From the IMG/VR virus record IMGVR_UViG_3300017748_000001, positions 32,001 to 96,000 of that record: a stretch of 64,000 bases of DNA; one strand, written 5' to 3'. The translations under genes and the position numbers were made by a program. Shown here piece after piece: positions 19,001-28,756 of this stretch. A model generated the notes under the pieces. That model saw only the letters and a program-made list of their open reading frames with translations, was not told where the DNA came from and did not search any database. The stretch is from a virus. Every line of letters starts with the position of its first letter. Position 1 is the stretch's first letter.

Positions 19001-21975
19001 ACCGGATCTCCAAATAGAACATCACTGGAGGATCCAGTATACTTACCCTTAAATCTTTGGAAACTAAATGTGTATTCATCTCCTAACTGAAGACCAGTTA
19101 TTGCGACAGGAGATACACTATCATCTTCCGTTTCTAAAGATAGAGTCATAGAACCAAGAAGAGGCTTTGGTTCTATTTGATCTGAAGTGAAGAATGTTTC
19201 TGATTTATCTAATGCAATCCAGAAATGATGTTTGTTTCCTTGAACAAGTTCTTCTTCCTTATACTGAACCAAACTTGCTTCTGTGGAAGTAGAGAGCCCA
19301 GTAGTGACATCTTCCGGAGAGAACTTAACGCCCCTCGCAGAGTTAATCAAACATCTCTTAACTTTATTAAATTCATTCTCATAAATGAGTTTAGCGACAG
19401 TACCAATACCTACATATCCCGTAGAGTAGCCAGAACCAGAAACAACTCCACCGATAGGATCTTTCTTTAAGAAAGTTTTACCTTCGCCCGATCCCGATAT
19501 TGGATCATTTGCACTTTCTGGTTGAATCATATCTAATGTAATATAACTCATTCTTTCTGTTGGCGCGGCACCCCTACCATCATACTCATTTTGTTCATCG
19601 TAGGTTTGTCTGTTGAAGTTGCTGACACTATTATTCTGTGTCCAGCCAGGAACTAATGATGGGAATAAAGAAGATGTGGCGGCCGCCTGAACATCAGTAA
19701 CAGTCCAAGAATTATCTCCAGATGTTCCACCGATAGTAACAGAATCTCCGATTGAGTAAGTCGTTCCTTTGGAGTCATTAACAAGATTAACTATTTCTTG
19801 ACTATCCAGAGTAAATGTTTGAGATGCACTTCTTGCCTGAAGTAAAGTTTTTATTCTTTCAAATTCAATTCTAAATGAAAGAGATGTCTGTGAACCAACA
19901 CCAATGCCGGGACTATATGTTTGACTATACCCAGACCTCACATCACTCACACCTGTCAATTCTGTTTGTGCGCTAAATCTACTCAGTTTAGCAAAAGTCA
20001 GAGCACCAAAATCTCCGGTCTTGTCTCCCTTTTCCCCTAAAGTTCTAACTCCATTACTAGAAAAACCTGTCGATTGTGGAGGAATTCTAGTTCTTGTAGC
20101 AACAACAGAATCTCCTACTTCATATTCGACAAGCAGTTTTCCTCGTCTGGGAGAACTAGTGGATGCTGATGCTGATGTCGAACCACTACTGGGATAGTAA
20201 TTATAAGTACCAGTACTGATATAGATAATTGCAGTAGGGCCACCAGTTTGAACGGTGAAATTTGAGGCACTAACTTCAACCCATTCGCTGTCCGGGCTTA
20301 TATCTCCCGACCAATTTTCTGGTTTAAAGGTTAATGCGCCTATTATTGCATTTGGAGACGCCCCCAAAAATTGTGATGATGGGATCTTTGTATCGAAAGA
20401 TCTCTGTCCGTTGTTTGCGACATCCAAAGTATCTGAAAAATTTTCAAACCAACCACTGGCAGATGCGGTAGAAACATCATCATCTCCAAATGGATTTTCG
20501 GAAAATACTTTCTCGCCTGGGAAGAAATCTTTAGATAATGCTTCGACAACTAATTGTCTTCCTTCTGTCTGTTCTACCCATTCATCTATAAAAATTGTTT
20601 TTCTTTGTAGATTCCCGTATGGTCTATTTTCGACGTTGACTCTTGTGTTAATTTTTGCGTAAGTAGAATCGTCACTATCTGGAAGATCATTTTCGGGAAC
20701 ATAATTTCCTCCGTAAACCATTCCAGAGCTTGGAAGTCTACTCTTTAACATCTTGGGGCCGTAGGAAATGGTTACTGTCGAATCTTGCGACCAACTGCTT
20801 CCTGTCTTTGTTATCCCTGTAGAACTTACTGTGTAGTCGGGAGATGAACCTAATGAAGATAGTTTTGTTACAACCCCTGCTTCTTCAACAGTTACTGTGT
20901 ATACTTGGTCAACCGTATCATCAAAATCTGCGATTGAAAAATGTGTAGAAAATGTTAACTCAGTTTCTATTTGTGATCTGCCAGAAGATGATGCAGATGA
21001 ACCTCTAACTGATGCGAGAAGTTCTGAATCGAATGCCATATTCTTTTCAAATATATTTCTACCAACTACACACGGATTTCCATCTTTATCTAAAAATTCT
21101 GTAACAACACCAACCGCGCCAGATTGTTCGCCTATCACTCGTTGGCCAACTCTGAATTGTGCTACTTCAGTAAATCTTGCTGCAGCAGGATAAATTTCTT
21201 TTGCGAGAGGCTTATTATCGGCACCAGTATCACCAGCCAAAGAACCAGAGACATTTGAAGTCGTTACTGTGTCTTCGTCATTTGATCCTAAGAAAACACC
21301 AGAACCCTGTTCACCAACAGTGTCTAATTGATTAAAAACTCTTTCATACTTGTCTGCACCAACACTAAAAATGATTTTCCTTACTGGATTTTGGTGACTA
21401 GTATTGCCAGAAACTCCAGAAACACTAGTTTCATTGGTCATCATATTTGATGGGTGCGGATTTAGATATGCAAATAATTCTGAGTTAGGGCCTAGATATG
21501 TTGCTGATGCTGTAGTTCCATTTATTTGTTCTAGAGTAGGAAACTCTGACCATCTTTTATTCCATCGTTCCGCATCAGCATATGCTTGGTGAATAAATTT
21601 GAATCTTTGACCAGACGGTGTATTTCCATTTGTCAAAGGTAAATCGTAAACGAATTTATTGTGATCGTGTTCATTAACAGGAGGTACTGTATAATTTGGA
21701 ACCTTGTCGGGATCTTCATATGCATTACCATACGCTCCGCCGCCAACCGTAGAGGGATCGGAGTCGTAGTGGTATACAATGAATTTATCGATAAATGATG
21801 TTAATTCGCTGTCAGAAATCGTAAGTTTGATAACTTCGGGGCCTACATCGGTAAATCCGTTCGCCAATAAATCGTCGGTCAGCTGACTAAGAAGTGGTTT
21901 ATCGTCATCTTTATCCTTATCCCAATGATACCCGTCAAGATGTATAACATTATTTCGTTCAAGATTGACGCCCAT
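16048..21975 (-). CDS. Giant structural protein (1975 aa), paralog 1 of the four-member scaffold family
   Basis: Blocks WRIRFE, YPMSY.LTV.DHG, DDYAWFVIQRHVD, PVHCVY, RFVVRE.DVLKPWD, ELDLI, GNGMRV shared with three genes at 31819-41306. Confidence 0.75.
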   Translation of the reverse strand: MGVNLERNNVIHLDGYHWDKDKDDDKPLLSQLTDDLLANGFTDVGPEVIKLTISDSELTSFIDKFIVYHYDSDPSTVGGGAYGNAYEDPDKVPNYTVPPVNEHDHNKFVYDLPLTNGNTPSGQRFKFIHQAYADAERWNKRWSEFPTLEQINGTTASATYLGPNSELFAYLNPHPSNMMTNETSVSGVSGNTSHQNPVRKIIFSVGADKYERVFNQLDTVGEQGSGVFLGSNDEDTVTTSNVSGSLAGDTGADNKPLAKEIYPAAARFTEVAQFRVGQRVIGEQSGAVGVVTEFLDKDGNPCVVGRNIFEKNMAFDSELLASVRGSSASSSGRSQIETELTFSTHFSIADFDDTVDQVYTVTVEEAGVVTKLSSLGSSPDYTVSSTGITKTGSSWSQDSTVTISYGPKMLKSRLPSSGMVYGGNYVPENDLPDSDDSTYAKINTRVNVENRPYGNLQRKTIFIDEWVEQTEGRQLVVEALSKDFFPGEKVFSENPFGDDDVSTASASGWFENFSDTLDVANNGQRSFDTKIPSSQFLGASPNAIIGALTFKPENWSGDISPDSEWVEVSASNFTVQTGGPTAIIYISTGTYNYYPSSGSTSASASTSSPRRGKLLVEYEVGDSVVATRTRIPPQSTGFSSNGVRTLGEKGDKTGDFGALTFAKLSRFSAQTELTGVSDVRSGYSQTYSPGIGVGSQTSLSFRIEFERIKTLLQARSASQTFTLDSQEIVNLVNDSKGTTYSIGDSVTIGGTSGDNSWTVTDVQAAATSSLFPSLVPGWTQNNSVSNFNRQTYDEQNEYDGRGAAPTERMSYITLDMIQPESANDPISGSGEGKTFLKKDPIGGVVSGSGYSTGYVGIGTVAKLIYENEFNKVKRCLINSARGVKFSPEDVTTGLSTSTEASLVQYKEEELVQGNKHHFWIALDKSETFFTSDQIEPKPLLGSMTLSLETEDDSVSPVAITGLQLGDEYTFSFQRFKGKYTGSSSDVLFGDPVQLTVTVESTSVSTFAARLVDLFNDNLPEYSFEIDSQNTSNIIFRSNEVGFDLAIGYDSSTRQESKEPIRTESSRSNAGMGAVDTSLRNAVAAPIGVTAINGSFGSTVDTTSDADGNYYLGGYHHKVDFALPSEAYYGDKFEFVLKGLISQSSTSETYSTPTTFDLNLEYVADRKYFSAAALGSAIRTSVMKNSYVSKFMKVSLESNLIKFEYNTDSWAYLDKTTIHNQTGAYGLMNENSVKYTTVHTAGTADSDPFSSVMTGTDSLADDAFLLMMNEMTSNSYTDIPTTVSLYDMEVWDGIQYVNNTMYIDDLPSEAVFAGELTVTPMTMLDFNAQAAPNLGPLTSVGFVRSQLPESLGRQKVKIKFPFARDFGTFADPISHLSDAVGAGYNNAATASANAVTHPTTLGGNTKYFTSYKQHVVGASGPKFVSGAGSTYSTEGFISQGDRKGPETSFDPDLRGFHPEVSVSDNYAHYSSFPYHECGLELESFEVISDHSIGPVVLETNDQSNLGGVAGDQPWRIRFEVSRGYEVTDASPFIATQNYQGVGGSKGNTDFEYLKVHVATEYQIKADGTVTSIQSADGLERGEFREPGFLGGVRPQYSGYVRARTHLISPEVTDFLEVQSLKAIRTSGLNPSAGIVGYNDYNKVSAGTEGERVLGGGSSDGTETTKSEFRYEDKYLRGSSTELVFDTPFNTGTLRMQKGFFRRTGKQERNVALTYPMSYTLTVADHGVVFYLRDQAASTQADDYAWFVIQRHVDSTTGVPDYDSLSQPVHCVYQTSEPPLLYSDLTPFFSVDEASGETIDRTTSVFVEGLTNQFGSRIFDFRVDEFVEQELKAFDIENQGRFRRFVVREKDVLKPWDRHVFAGISETDSHAVLNILEQLALNEDGQLVIQFPNRLGSQRYFFTGKELDLIAFSDGGAVGQDTLITSDRFSTAGTTDKRRLYKALMSTKPFGNGMRVLTMVAGYGITSSQADTRLLSS

Positions 21976-22027
21976 ATGGAGCTCCTTTGCGCTTAGTTTA
22001 ATACTATATTTAGTTAGATTGTGTTAG

Positions 22028-22035
22028 TATTTATA
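22028..22035 (-). promoter_or_regulatory. T4-type late promoter TATAAATA
   Basis: TATTTATA on the + strand, intergenic. A CTAAATA-like variant is also present near 22007-22013. Confidence 0.75.
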
Positions 22036-22051
22036 ATTATTTTTTACTCTA

Positions 22052-22969
22052 TCAAGGAGTAGAACCAGAAACTACCAAGTCAATATCATCCTGAGTTCCG
22101 TTTGCTAGAGTAAATCTTAACAGACCACTTATCAACTCTTGACCATCAAATGTAGTCAATAAAGGAACTTGTTCTTCTGTTCCATTGTTCAGTAGAAGTG
22201 GCAAGAAAGGAACGCTACTGCTACTAGTCGCACCGCCGCCCGATGTAGTAGATATTGTAGAAGGTATGAACTTACCAGTCGTATCGTCATACACAATACC
22301 TACAGGTTCTCCACCAGCAACCAGAGTATCTATTTCTGATTGCGTGTGTCCAGAATATTCGAAGTTATTTAGTGCGTTTTGAATGTTCTGTATATTATTA
22401 ACCAGAGACTGTATGTCTGTGCCGATAGATCCACCGCCAACTCCAAAGTCACCAACATATCTCGCACCAGATATGTAAATTACATTTCCATTGATTCCGC
22501 TTGGAAGATTATTTCCGATAAAATGAAGAATACCGCTTTGATAATCAAAGAACCATTCGTCGTTGTTTCCAGAACCAGCCGCAAATATTTGACTTCCAGT
22601 AGATTGGGGGGTTGACTCTCCGGAAGATTCTATGTATACTTTGACCTGATATGTAGAACCAAACTCTGGCGGAATCCAATCTGTCAATCCCGTTATCCAT
22701 GTCCTATTCGCAGAAGCGGTCAAATCCTTCGTACATTCCACTGTACTGGACTGAGAATCTAAATAGACCCCAACATAGGTAGTGTCTTCTACGGGCATCA
22801 CGGCGGGAATCTGTGCGGAATCTGACCACAATTTATCCCCTCTTATCAATAAAGGACTAGGAATGCTCTCGTTTGTCGCACCTTTTATTGAATTGATATC
22901 TGTCTTGGAAGCACCATAACCAAGCTTCTTCCATAGATAGTCAATTTTTTGATCGTCGGAGATTGCCAT
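22052..22969 (-). CDS. Putative virion structural protein (305 aa)
   Basis: Intact ORF in the late operon. The N-terminus MAISDDQKIDYLWKKLGYG..KTD resembles uncharacterised phage structural proteins (recalled from memory, not searched). Confidence 0.6.
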   Translation of the reverse strand: MAISDDQKIDYLWKKLGYGASKTDINSIKGATNESIPSPLLIRGDKLWSDSAQIPAVMPVEDTTYVGVYLDSQSSTVECTKDLTASANRTWITGLTDWIPPEFGSTYQVKVYIESSGESTPQSTGSQIFAAGSGNNDEWFFDYQSGILHFIGNNLPSGINGNVIYISGARYVGDFGVGGGSIGTDIQSLVNNIQNIQNALNNFEYSGHTQSEIDTLVAGGEPVGIVYDDTTGKFIPSTISTTSGGGATSSSSVPFLPLLLNNGTEEQVPLLTTFDGQELISGLLRFTLANGTQDDIDLVVSGSTP

Positions 22970-22977
22970 TATTGCCT

Positions 22978-25797
22978 CTATGTGATATTAATAGAATTGA
23001 CTGACTGTCCAGTGTTCAATGCAATTCTAACCAATGCAACATTTCCAGTCGCGTTTGTCAAGTTCTCTGTTCCCAATGTCATTCTGTAAAACCCGCTTAG
23101 TGTGGTGTTTGATTGTATTTTGTCCGAACCCGTAGACGCACAACCATTACTTCCGTTTCCTCCAGCAGCAGTATCCTCGCCAGGCACACCAGCACCAGCA
23201 TACTGAACTGAACAATCCAACCATCCGCTGATTGTACTGGAGTTATCTATTGTAGTGCCCGGCGCAGCAATCCAAATACCACTAATACCTCCAGAGGATA
23301 TATTGATGTTGAAGTTTGCGGTCACTGTTCTTCTGAACGCAAAAGTAAAATACTGAATTCCTGTGTCTCCACTTCTATCTGGCCCAACCGGAAGATATCC
23401 AGAAGTATAATCTGCGACACTATGAGATAATCTTCCTAGTCTTATAGTTGCCTCTTGTGTTCCCTCTACGCCCGGATCTGATGACTCTGTGTAAAGACTA
23501 TTTGTATAGTAATTTATTGAGTTACTTATAGAAGGATTATCCGTAGTCTCTGAAGCAAAATTAAATATTCTCACTCCATTATCATTAAAACCATCTCCCA
23601 GAGAAGAACTTACAGGTATAGATGTTTCGTTGATGCCTGTCTGGTTTGCGGTGTGAACCTGTAAAATCATATCATTAGTTTCATAACTGCCAGCACCGTT
23701 GACATTCAGACCTCTAACTTTTATTTTTTCCACAGACCGAACACTTGACGAAGTAATATTGACAGTCAAATCTCGTATGGTATATTGAGTATCTTTTGCT
23801 GTATTTGCATTCGGTATTCCTCCAGTCAAGAAAGAGTCTGGTGGATTGTCCACCTCAGAATAAGAATAATTTTCACTCGCAATAGAACTTCCACTTGTCC
23901 CTTCTAAGTTTGTGCTTGAAGAAACTTCTATCACACTATTAGTTACTCTATATGTTTGACCTATGAAGTTTGTTATTTGTATTCCGCTCCATGTAAGAGA
24001 TGACCCAGTATCGTAGTAGGGAATACCACTGATGTACTTGTATGTTCCAGTTTTTTCTGTTATAGTACCATTCGTAACTGTCGGTGTAGATGTCAGATCG
24101 TCTTTAACAAATTCTACTTTGTTTGTGCTTCCAGTTTCTGTATGTGTCAATTTAAAACTATTGATACCGTTTGGAATTGTGCTTGAGTCTTTTGATACCT
24201 TTGCCTTGAATCCCTTGTACAGATCCGGATGATATATGCTTGAATTGAAGATAGTTGTAGCACCTTCTGCGTTGAGAAGATTGTAGTCACTTTCTTGCGT
24301 GACAACTAAACTTCCATGTGTACCTGTGTTGCTTCCAGTAGTTAAGGTTACTGAACCGTCTGCGGCCTCATTCACTATAGCACTCAACGCACCAGAGTCT
24401 GCGTTATACGCAAATGAAGTTATCTCACTAGACTCAGTAGTTCCAGAAGTTGATGTAATTCTATTGACCTCATCTCCATCGGATTGAGTTGTGACTCCGG
24501 TGTTGTCGGTAAAACCGTGTGCAAGTCTTGGAGAAGAACCAACATCTTGAGTGAATGTGATTGTCTTTGTGTTCAATCCATTTGGAGGATCTATGTCATC
24601 ATCATACACCTTCAGAGAGAGTACGTTGTTGATAGGAATTACAGACGGATCTGCAGTTGTGTGAGTGTCCAACGTAAGTCTCAAAGTATCCCTTCCAGTT
24701 CCAGACTCGGTTCCTTGAGCCCATGTATGTTGTAGTCTGTCCCCGCTCACACCACCAGCAGCAGAATCACTTGCGATTGTATCGTCAGTAGAACCATCGC
24801 CCCAGTCCATAGAGTAAGTAACATCGCCCATTGATGTATTTGTTGTAAGATTTTCCATCCACAAAGAGTTTCCTTCTATGACATATAAATCATTCATAGT
24901 CAAGTGCGAACCACCGGAAGAGTTGCGATACAGTCTGAAAGCAACTGCCGGGTTTGCGGTGTAAATTATGATATAGTCTTCTCTGGTGTGGGAAGCTTCA
25001 CTTCCAGTTCCCGATCCCTGATTATGAAATGCTTTGACTGTAATAGTGTAAGGACTATCCGTGTTGGATGTGTATATGTGACTTGGAGTAGAGCTAGAAG
25101 AGCCGTTTGTTTGAGACCCATCTCCCCAATCTATATCATAACGATTTGGATTGCCGTCTGAAGTTATATTAAGAGTGACATTCAGACCTTCGCCACCAGA
25201 CAGTGGGTTTCCTGTGAACGAAACACTTTTGACAAATGTATTATTTCTGATATTATCTAATGCTTCATTGAGATCATCAATAACATCCGCAGTCTTCGCA
25301 GTATCCGATATTCCTATCGCACCGTCATCGTAAGTCCCATCTGTTGGAAGACCTATAGTCAACTCATTCGCGGTCAAAGTTGCACTGACTGATAGAGTTC
25401 CTACTTTAGTTGCTGAATCGTAATCAAATATTAAATTGCCATTGAATACGAGTTTCTCTACTTCGACATCATTTATTGCAACTCCAGAGACATCTGTTCC
25501 AGAAACTATCTGCGAACTTCCAACCTCTATCCAATTGTTATTGTGAGAATAGTAAAGAGAACCAGTAGATAAATCTTTTGCAAGTCTGCCACTTTCTGGA
25601 CTCGCAGGGAAGTCTGCGAAGGTTGCGAAATCTTCGTATTTAATTGCGCTGAGATTTGCTCGAAACTGATCTAATGTAGTAGTTCCAGTTCCACCACTCG
25701 CAACCTCAAGAACATCATCCTCGTTGAATTCTCCAAGGATAACTTCTCCATCGCTCTGAAATATGGCCTTTAACGGTCTTGGTGTATTAAATGCCAA
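22978..25797 (-). CDS. PKD/Ig-domain-containing virion protein (939 aa)
   Basis: Two PKD signatures (YDIDWGDGS...SHIY...YTITV and YSMDWGDGS...QHTW) in a S/T/G-rich beta-strand protein. Confidence 0.7.
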   Translation of the reverse strand: MAFNTPRPLKAIFQSDGEVILGEFNEDDVLEVASGGTGTTTLDQFRANLSAIKYEDFATFADFPASPESGRLAKDLSTGSLYYSHNNNWIEVGSSQIVSGTDVSGVAINDVEVEKLVFNGNLIFDYDSATKVGTLSVSATLTANELTIGLPTDGTYDDGAIGISDTAKTADVIDDLNEALDNIRNNTFVKSVSFTGNPLSGGEGLNVTLNITSDGNPNRYDIDWGDGSQTNGSSSSTPSHIYTSNTDSPYTITVKAFHNQGSGTGSEASHTREDYIIIYTANPAVAFRLYRNSSGGSHLTMNDLYVIEGNSLWMENLTTNTSMGDVTYSMDWGDGSTDDTIASDSAAGGVSGDRLQHTWAQGTESGTGRDTLRLTLDTHTTADPSVIPINNVLSLKVYDDDIDPPNGLNTKTITFTQDVGSSPRLAHGFTDNTGVTTQSDGDEVNRITSTSGTTESSEITSFAYNADSGALSAIVNEAADGSVTLTTGSNTGTHGSLVVTQESDYNLLNAEGATTIFNSSIYHPDLYKGFKAKVSKDSSTIPNGINSFKLTHTETGSTNKVEFVKDDLTSTPTVTNGTITEKTGTYKYISGIPYYDTGSSLTWSGIQITNFIGQTYRVTNSVIEVSSSTNLEGTSGSSIASENYSYSEVDNPPDSFLTGGIPNANTAKDTQYTIRDLTVNITSSSVRSVEKIKVRGLNVNGAGSYETNDMILQVHTANQTGINETSIPVSSSLGDGFNDNGVRIFNFASETTDNPSISNSINYYTNSLYTESSDPGVEGTQEATIRLGRLSHSVADYTSGYLPVGPDRSGDTGIQYFTFAFRRTVTANFNINISSGGISGIWIAAPGTTIDNSSTISGWLDCSVQYAGAGVPGEDTAAGGNGSNGCASTGSDKIQSNTTLSGFYRMTLGTENLTNATGNVALVRIALNTGQSVNSINIT

Positions 25798-25808
25798 AGT
25801 ATATCTCC

Positions 25809-26096
25809 TTACCCACCAGCACTAACATTATCACTTCCTTCCAAGATAGCAGATCCACAAGATACCGGATCTCCTTTTCTTGCAAGAGGTTTTCCATTTA
25901 CATAAACAGTAGAAGATCCCACAGAAGTAACTCCACCGTGTTTCGATTTACCGCACTTATGAAGATTCCAAGAATCTCCTTTTCTGTGCGCTGCCTTTCC
26001 GTTTATAAAGACATTATTACTGCCCTTCACACAAGTCCTAGGCGCATAACATCCATGACCTGTACAAGAGTCTCCTAATCTAGTTACAGCTGACAT
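25809..26096 (-). CDS. gp5.4: PAAR spike-tip protein (gp5.4-like)
   Basis: AVTRLGDSCTGH...NVFINGKAAHRKGD...HKC...HGG...STVYVNGKPLARKGDPVSCG: PAAR repeats with Cys/His metal ligands. Overlaps the upstream gene by 17 bp. Confidence 0.93.
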   Translation of the reverse strand: MSAVTRLGDSCTGHGCYAPRTCVKGSNNVFINGKAAHRKGDSWNLHKCGKSKHGGVTSVGSSTVYVNGKPLARKGDPVSCGSAILEGSDNVSAGG

Positions 26097-28755
26097 ATAT
26101 TGGATATCCTCTTGTTGTAACTCTTTCTGGATTATCTTCGTAATAAGTCTGTTCGTCCACTTCTTCTTTACAATCCAATTTAAATTCTTCTATTCTTTCT
26201 AATCTTTCGTAAGTTTCTTCTTCGAAAGGATTACCTTTCGATAACTCTAGGAACTCTATTTCTTCATTAAATTGTTCCAGAGTAAGATTGGTTCTTCCTG
26301 CTCTATAATCCTTCGTCAGTTCGTCTATAGATTCTTGTATTGCAGTTATATTTGCGTCTACATCAAATCTATAATGGCCCAGACTTCTCATATGAGTCAA
26401 CCATTCGTATTGATCTTCTCTGTCAGATATACCTTCAGTATTTAATAAGAACCTATCTTTATCATAAGTATAATTATTATTTATGGGGAAAATTAAGTCA
26501 ATCTGTTTTATTAATCCGCTAGCCGTAGATAATTCTGATTCTAAAACTACCAACCCATTGACTCTTTCTAAACTTTCCAATACTATTCTCAATTCATCAT
26601 TCACAAATATTTGATTAGTTTCGGAAGAAATGAAAGAACCCTCTATATTATCTATTTCATATCTTATAATATTGAGATTTGTTGGATCTGCTCCAAGAAC
26701 AGAAAACTCTTTGGTGTAATTAAATAGAATCCTTGTCACCGTAGCGGAACCTTGTAAGTTGCCAGAACTATCTCTTTGTATTATATTGTCTCCAACAGAA
26801 AAACCAACGTCATCTATAATATCTATAGTTCCTTGTGTAGTTGCCCTTCCGACAATTGTAACCTCTACCTCTTTAACCTGCTCTGGATTAAAGTCATCAT
26901 AGTTAGTATCTATCTCTAAGTTCTGCGTCTTTATCCACGATTCATATGAATACTGATTTAGGAACTGTTCTGTTTCGCCTATATTGCCACTAATAATTCC
27001 ATTGTTGATTGTTAAACAATTAGGCAATCTGCCATTTACTACTTCATACACAAAATTAAAAGTATCTCCTATTGCGTTTTGGTCTAAATCGTGGAATACT
27101 GGATCAAACTCAAAAAGTTTCCCAAACGCAGAATCTCTTCCTACAACACTCTGAGAAAATCTATATTCCTGATCTACATTTTCTGCAGTAGTCTCCTTTA
27201 TGTATTCTGTTTCCATGAGTCTGATGCTATTACTCATAACCATAACATGAGGAACGGTATGGCCCAAATGAGATCCTCCATTTACTGGATGATTTGACTC
27301 TGGTCTATAATATAATGTCTCGTGTGGCTTTATTGAATCATGAGACGTTAAGTTAGTCGATAAGAATAAATCATTGATATACTCATAGACTGTATCATAT
27401 TCTTTAAAGTATCCAGCATATCTTGCTTCTAGAGAATTGTAGAATATGAATACTTCTCCTGCTTCTGATACAACATATTTTCCGCCAAACTTAATCTCTT
27501 CATATCTAAACTTAAAGATATTCTTATCTGGGGTGTAAACTTTTGTTTGAATAAACTGTTCGTCTGGGATATATGCGGTATCAGTAGAAGTTTTAATATA
27601 TGGAACATACCCAAGATAATCCTGATAATCTTCCAGTTCAATATAGAATATACTACGAACAAAAGTCCTGTCACTATCTGAAATATATTTTGGCGACAGA
27701 TCGATAGTTATATCATTCTTTTCTTGTGTGTAAAATTGAGTTTCAATTACAAGATCCGAAATGATTTCATGATGTTCACCTGATGCTGTTTGTCTTGGCA
27801 TATATCTTTGGAAGAAATTATTAATTGGATGATATTCTACATTAGGACTTCCGTATATTAAATTCTGAGCCTCATACACCCTATCTACATCGTTATCAAA
27901 AAACATAGAATCGTCTATCTGTTCTATCGTATCTTTAAACTCTAGATAGTAAAGACCAGTTTCTGGATTTTGTAGAATGGGAACAGTTTCTTCAAAAGTG
28001 GCCTTTTCTATTTCTTTGTATATTCCCCTTTCTTCTATATCTAAAATAAACGAACTCTTATTTAGTGAGAAGTCTTCTAGTCTAGATTTAATCAATAGTT
28101 CAGTAACAATATTTAAATTGAGAGTTCCGTCGAGAGGATTTAGTGCGGATTTAACATCTTGACTACTTGTGCTAAAATAAAGTGCCCGAAGTAATTGTTT
28201 AGATTCTATATCTCCAATTCCAACTTCTTTTATCTGATCCTCAACTATATTTAAATTTCTAAGGGCGTACTCTTTCTTTCTTTCAAATAAATCTAGAGTC
28301 ATAGATGAATATGCTAACAATTGCACTTGAATTTTTGCACTTACTTCTTCGTAAGACATTCCAGTAGAAAGAAGATTATCCAGAGATTGATATATTTCTG
28401 AAGTATATTTTGTGTTTATAAGATTGGTGTTGTCTTCTACATTAAAAGAAGAACCCAAGATATATTCTAAGTTATGCTCGGGGGCATCGAAAAATATATT
28501 GTATCTTTCTCCACTATAGACTTCCTTGGTATCAAATGAAGTAGAAGTAACTCGGTCAAGATAATCGCTGTACTTAAATGGATCGTAGTAAATATTTTGA
28601 CGCTCAGAAAACCCATCAACCATGTCAATGACATATTCTTTGAAGTGGTTCTCATAAGTAATATCAACTTCGGAAGCCTCAGTATAGATAAATGAAGACA
28701 TACGAACTGTCTTCGCTTTCGTTATTATATTACCGGATCCAAAAAATACTGGCAT
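26080..28755 (-). CDS. Hypothetical acidic protein (891 aa), possibly structural
   Basis: Intact ORF translationally coupled to both neighbours. One YEVVNGRLPNCLTINNGIISG segment resembles a putative-Ig (He_PIG-like) motif. Confidence 0.6.
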   Translation of the reverse strand: MPVFFGSGNIITKAKTVRMSSFIYTEASEVDITYENHFKEYVIDMVDGFSERQNIYYDPFKYSDYLDRVTSTSFDTKEVYSGERYNIFFDAPEHNLEYILGSSFNVEDNTNLINTKYTSEIYQSLDNLLSTGMSYEEVSAKIQVQLLAYSSMTLDLFERKKEYALRNLNIVEDQIKEVGIGDIESKQLLRALYFSTSSQDVKSALNPLDGTLNLNIVTELLIKSRLEDFSLNKSSFILDIEERGIYKEIEKATFEETVPILQNPETGLYYLEFKDTIEQIDDSMFFDNDVDRVYEAQNLIYGSPNVEYHPINNFFQRYMPRQTASGEHHEIISDLVIETQFYTQEKNDITIDLSPKYISDSDRTFVRSIFYIELEDYQDYLGYVPYIKTSTDTAYIPDEQFIQTKVYTPDKNIFKFRYEEIKFGGKYVVSEAGEVFIFYNSLEARYAGYFKEYDTVYEYINDLFLSTNLTSHDSIKPHETLYYRPESNHPVNGGSHLGHTVPHVMVMSNSIRLMETEYIKETTAENVDQEYRFSQSVVGRDSAFGKLFEFDPVFHDLDQNAIGDTFNFVYEVVNGRLPNCLTINNGIISGNIGETEQFLNQYSYESWIKTQNLEIDTNYDDFNPEQVKEVEVTIVGRATTQGTIDIIDDVGFSVGDNIIQRDSSGNLQGSATVTRILFNYTKEFSVLGADPTNLNIIRYEIDNIEGSFISSETNQIFVNDELRIVLESLERVNGLVVLESELSTASGLIKQIDLIFPINNNYTYDKDRFLLNTEGISDREDQYEWLTHMRSLGHYRFDVDANITAIQESIDELTKDYRAGRTNLTLEQFNEEIEFLELSKGNPFEEETYERLERIEEFKLDCKEEVDEQTYYEDNPERVTTRGYPIYVSCN

Positions 28756-28756
28756 C

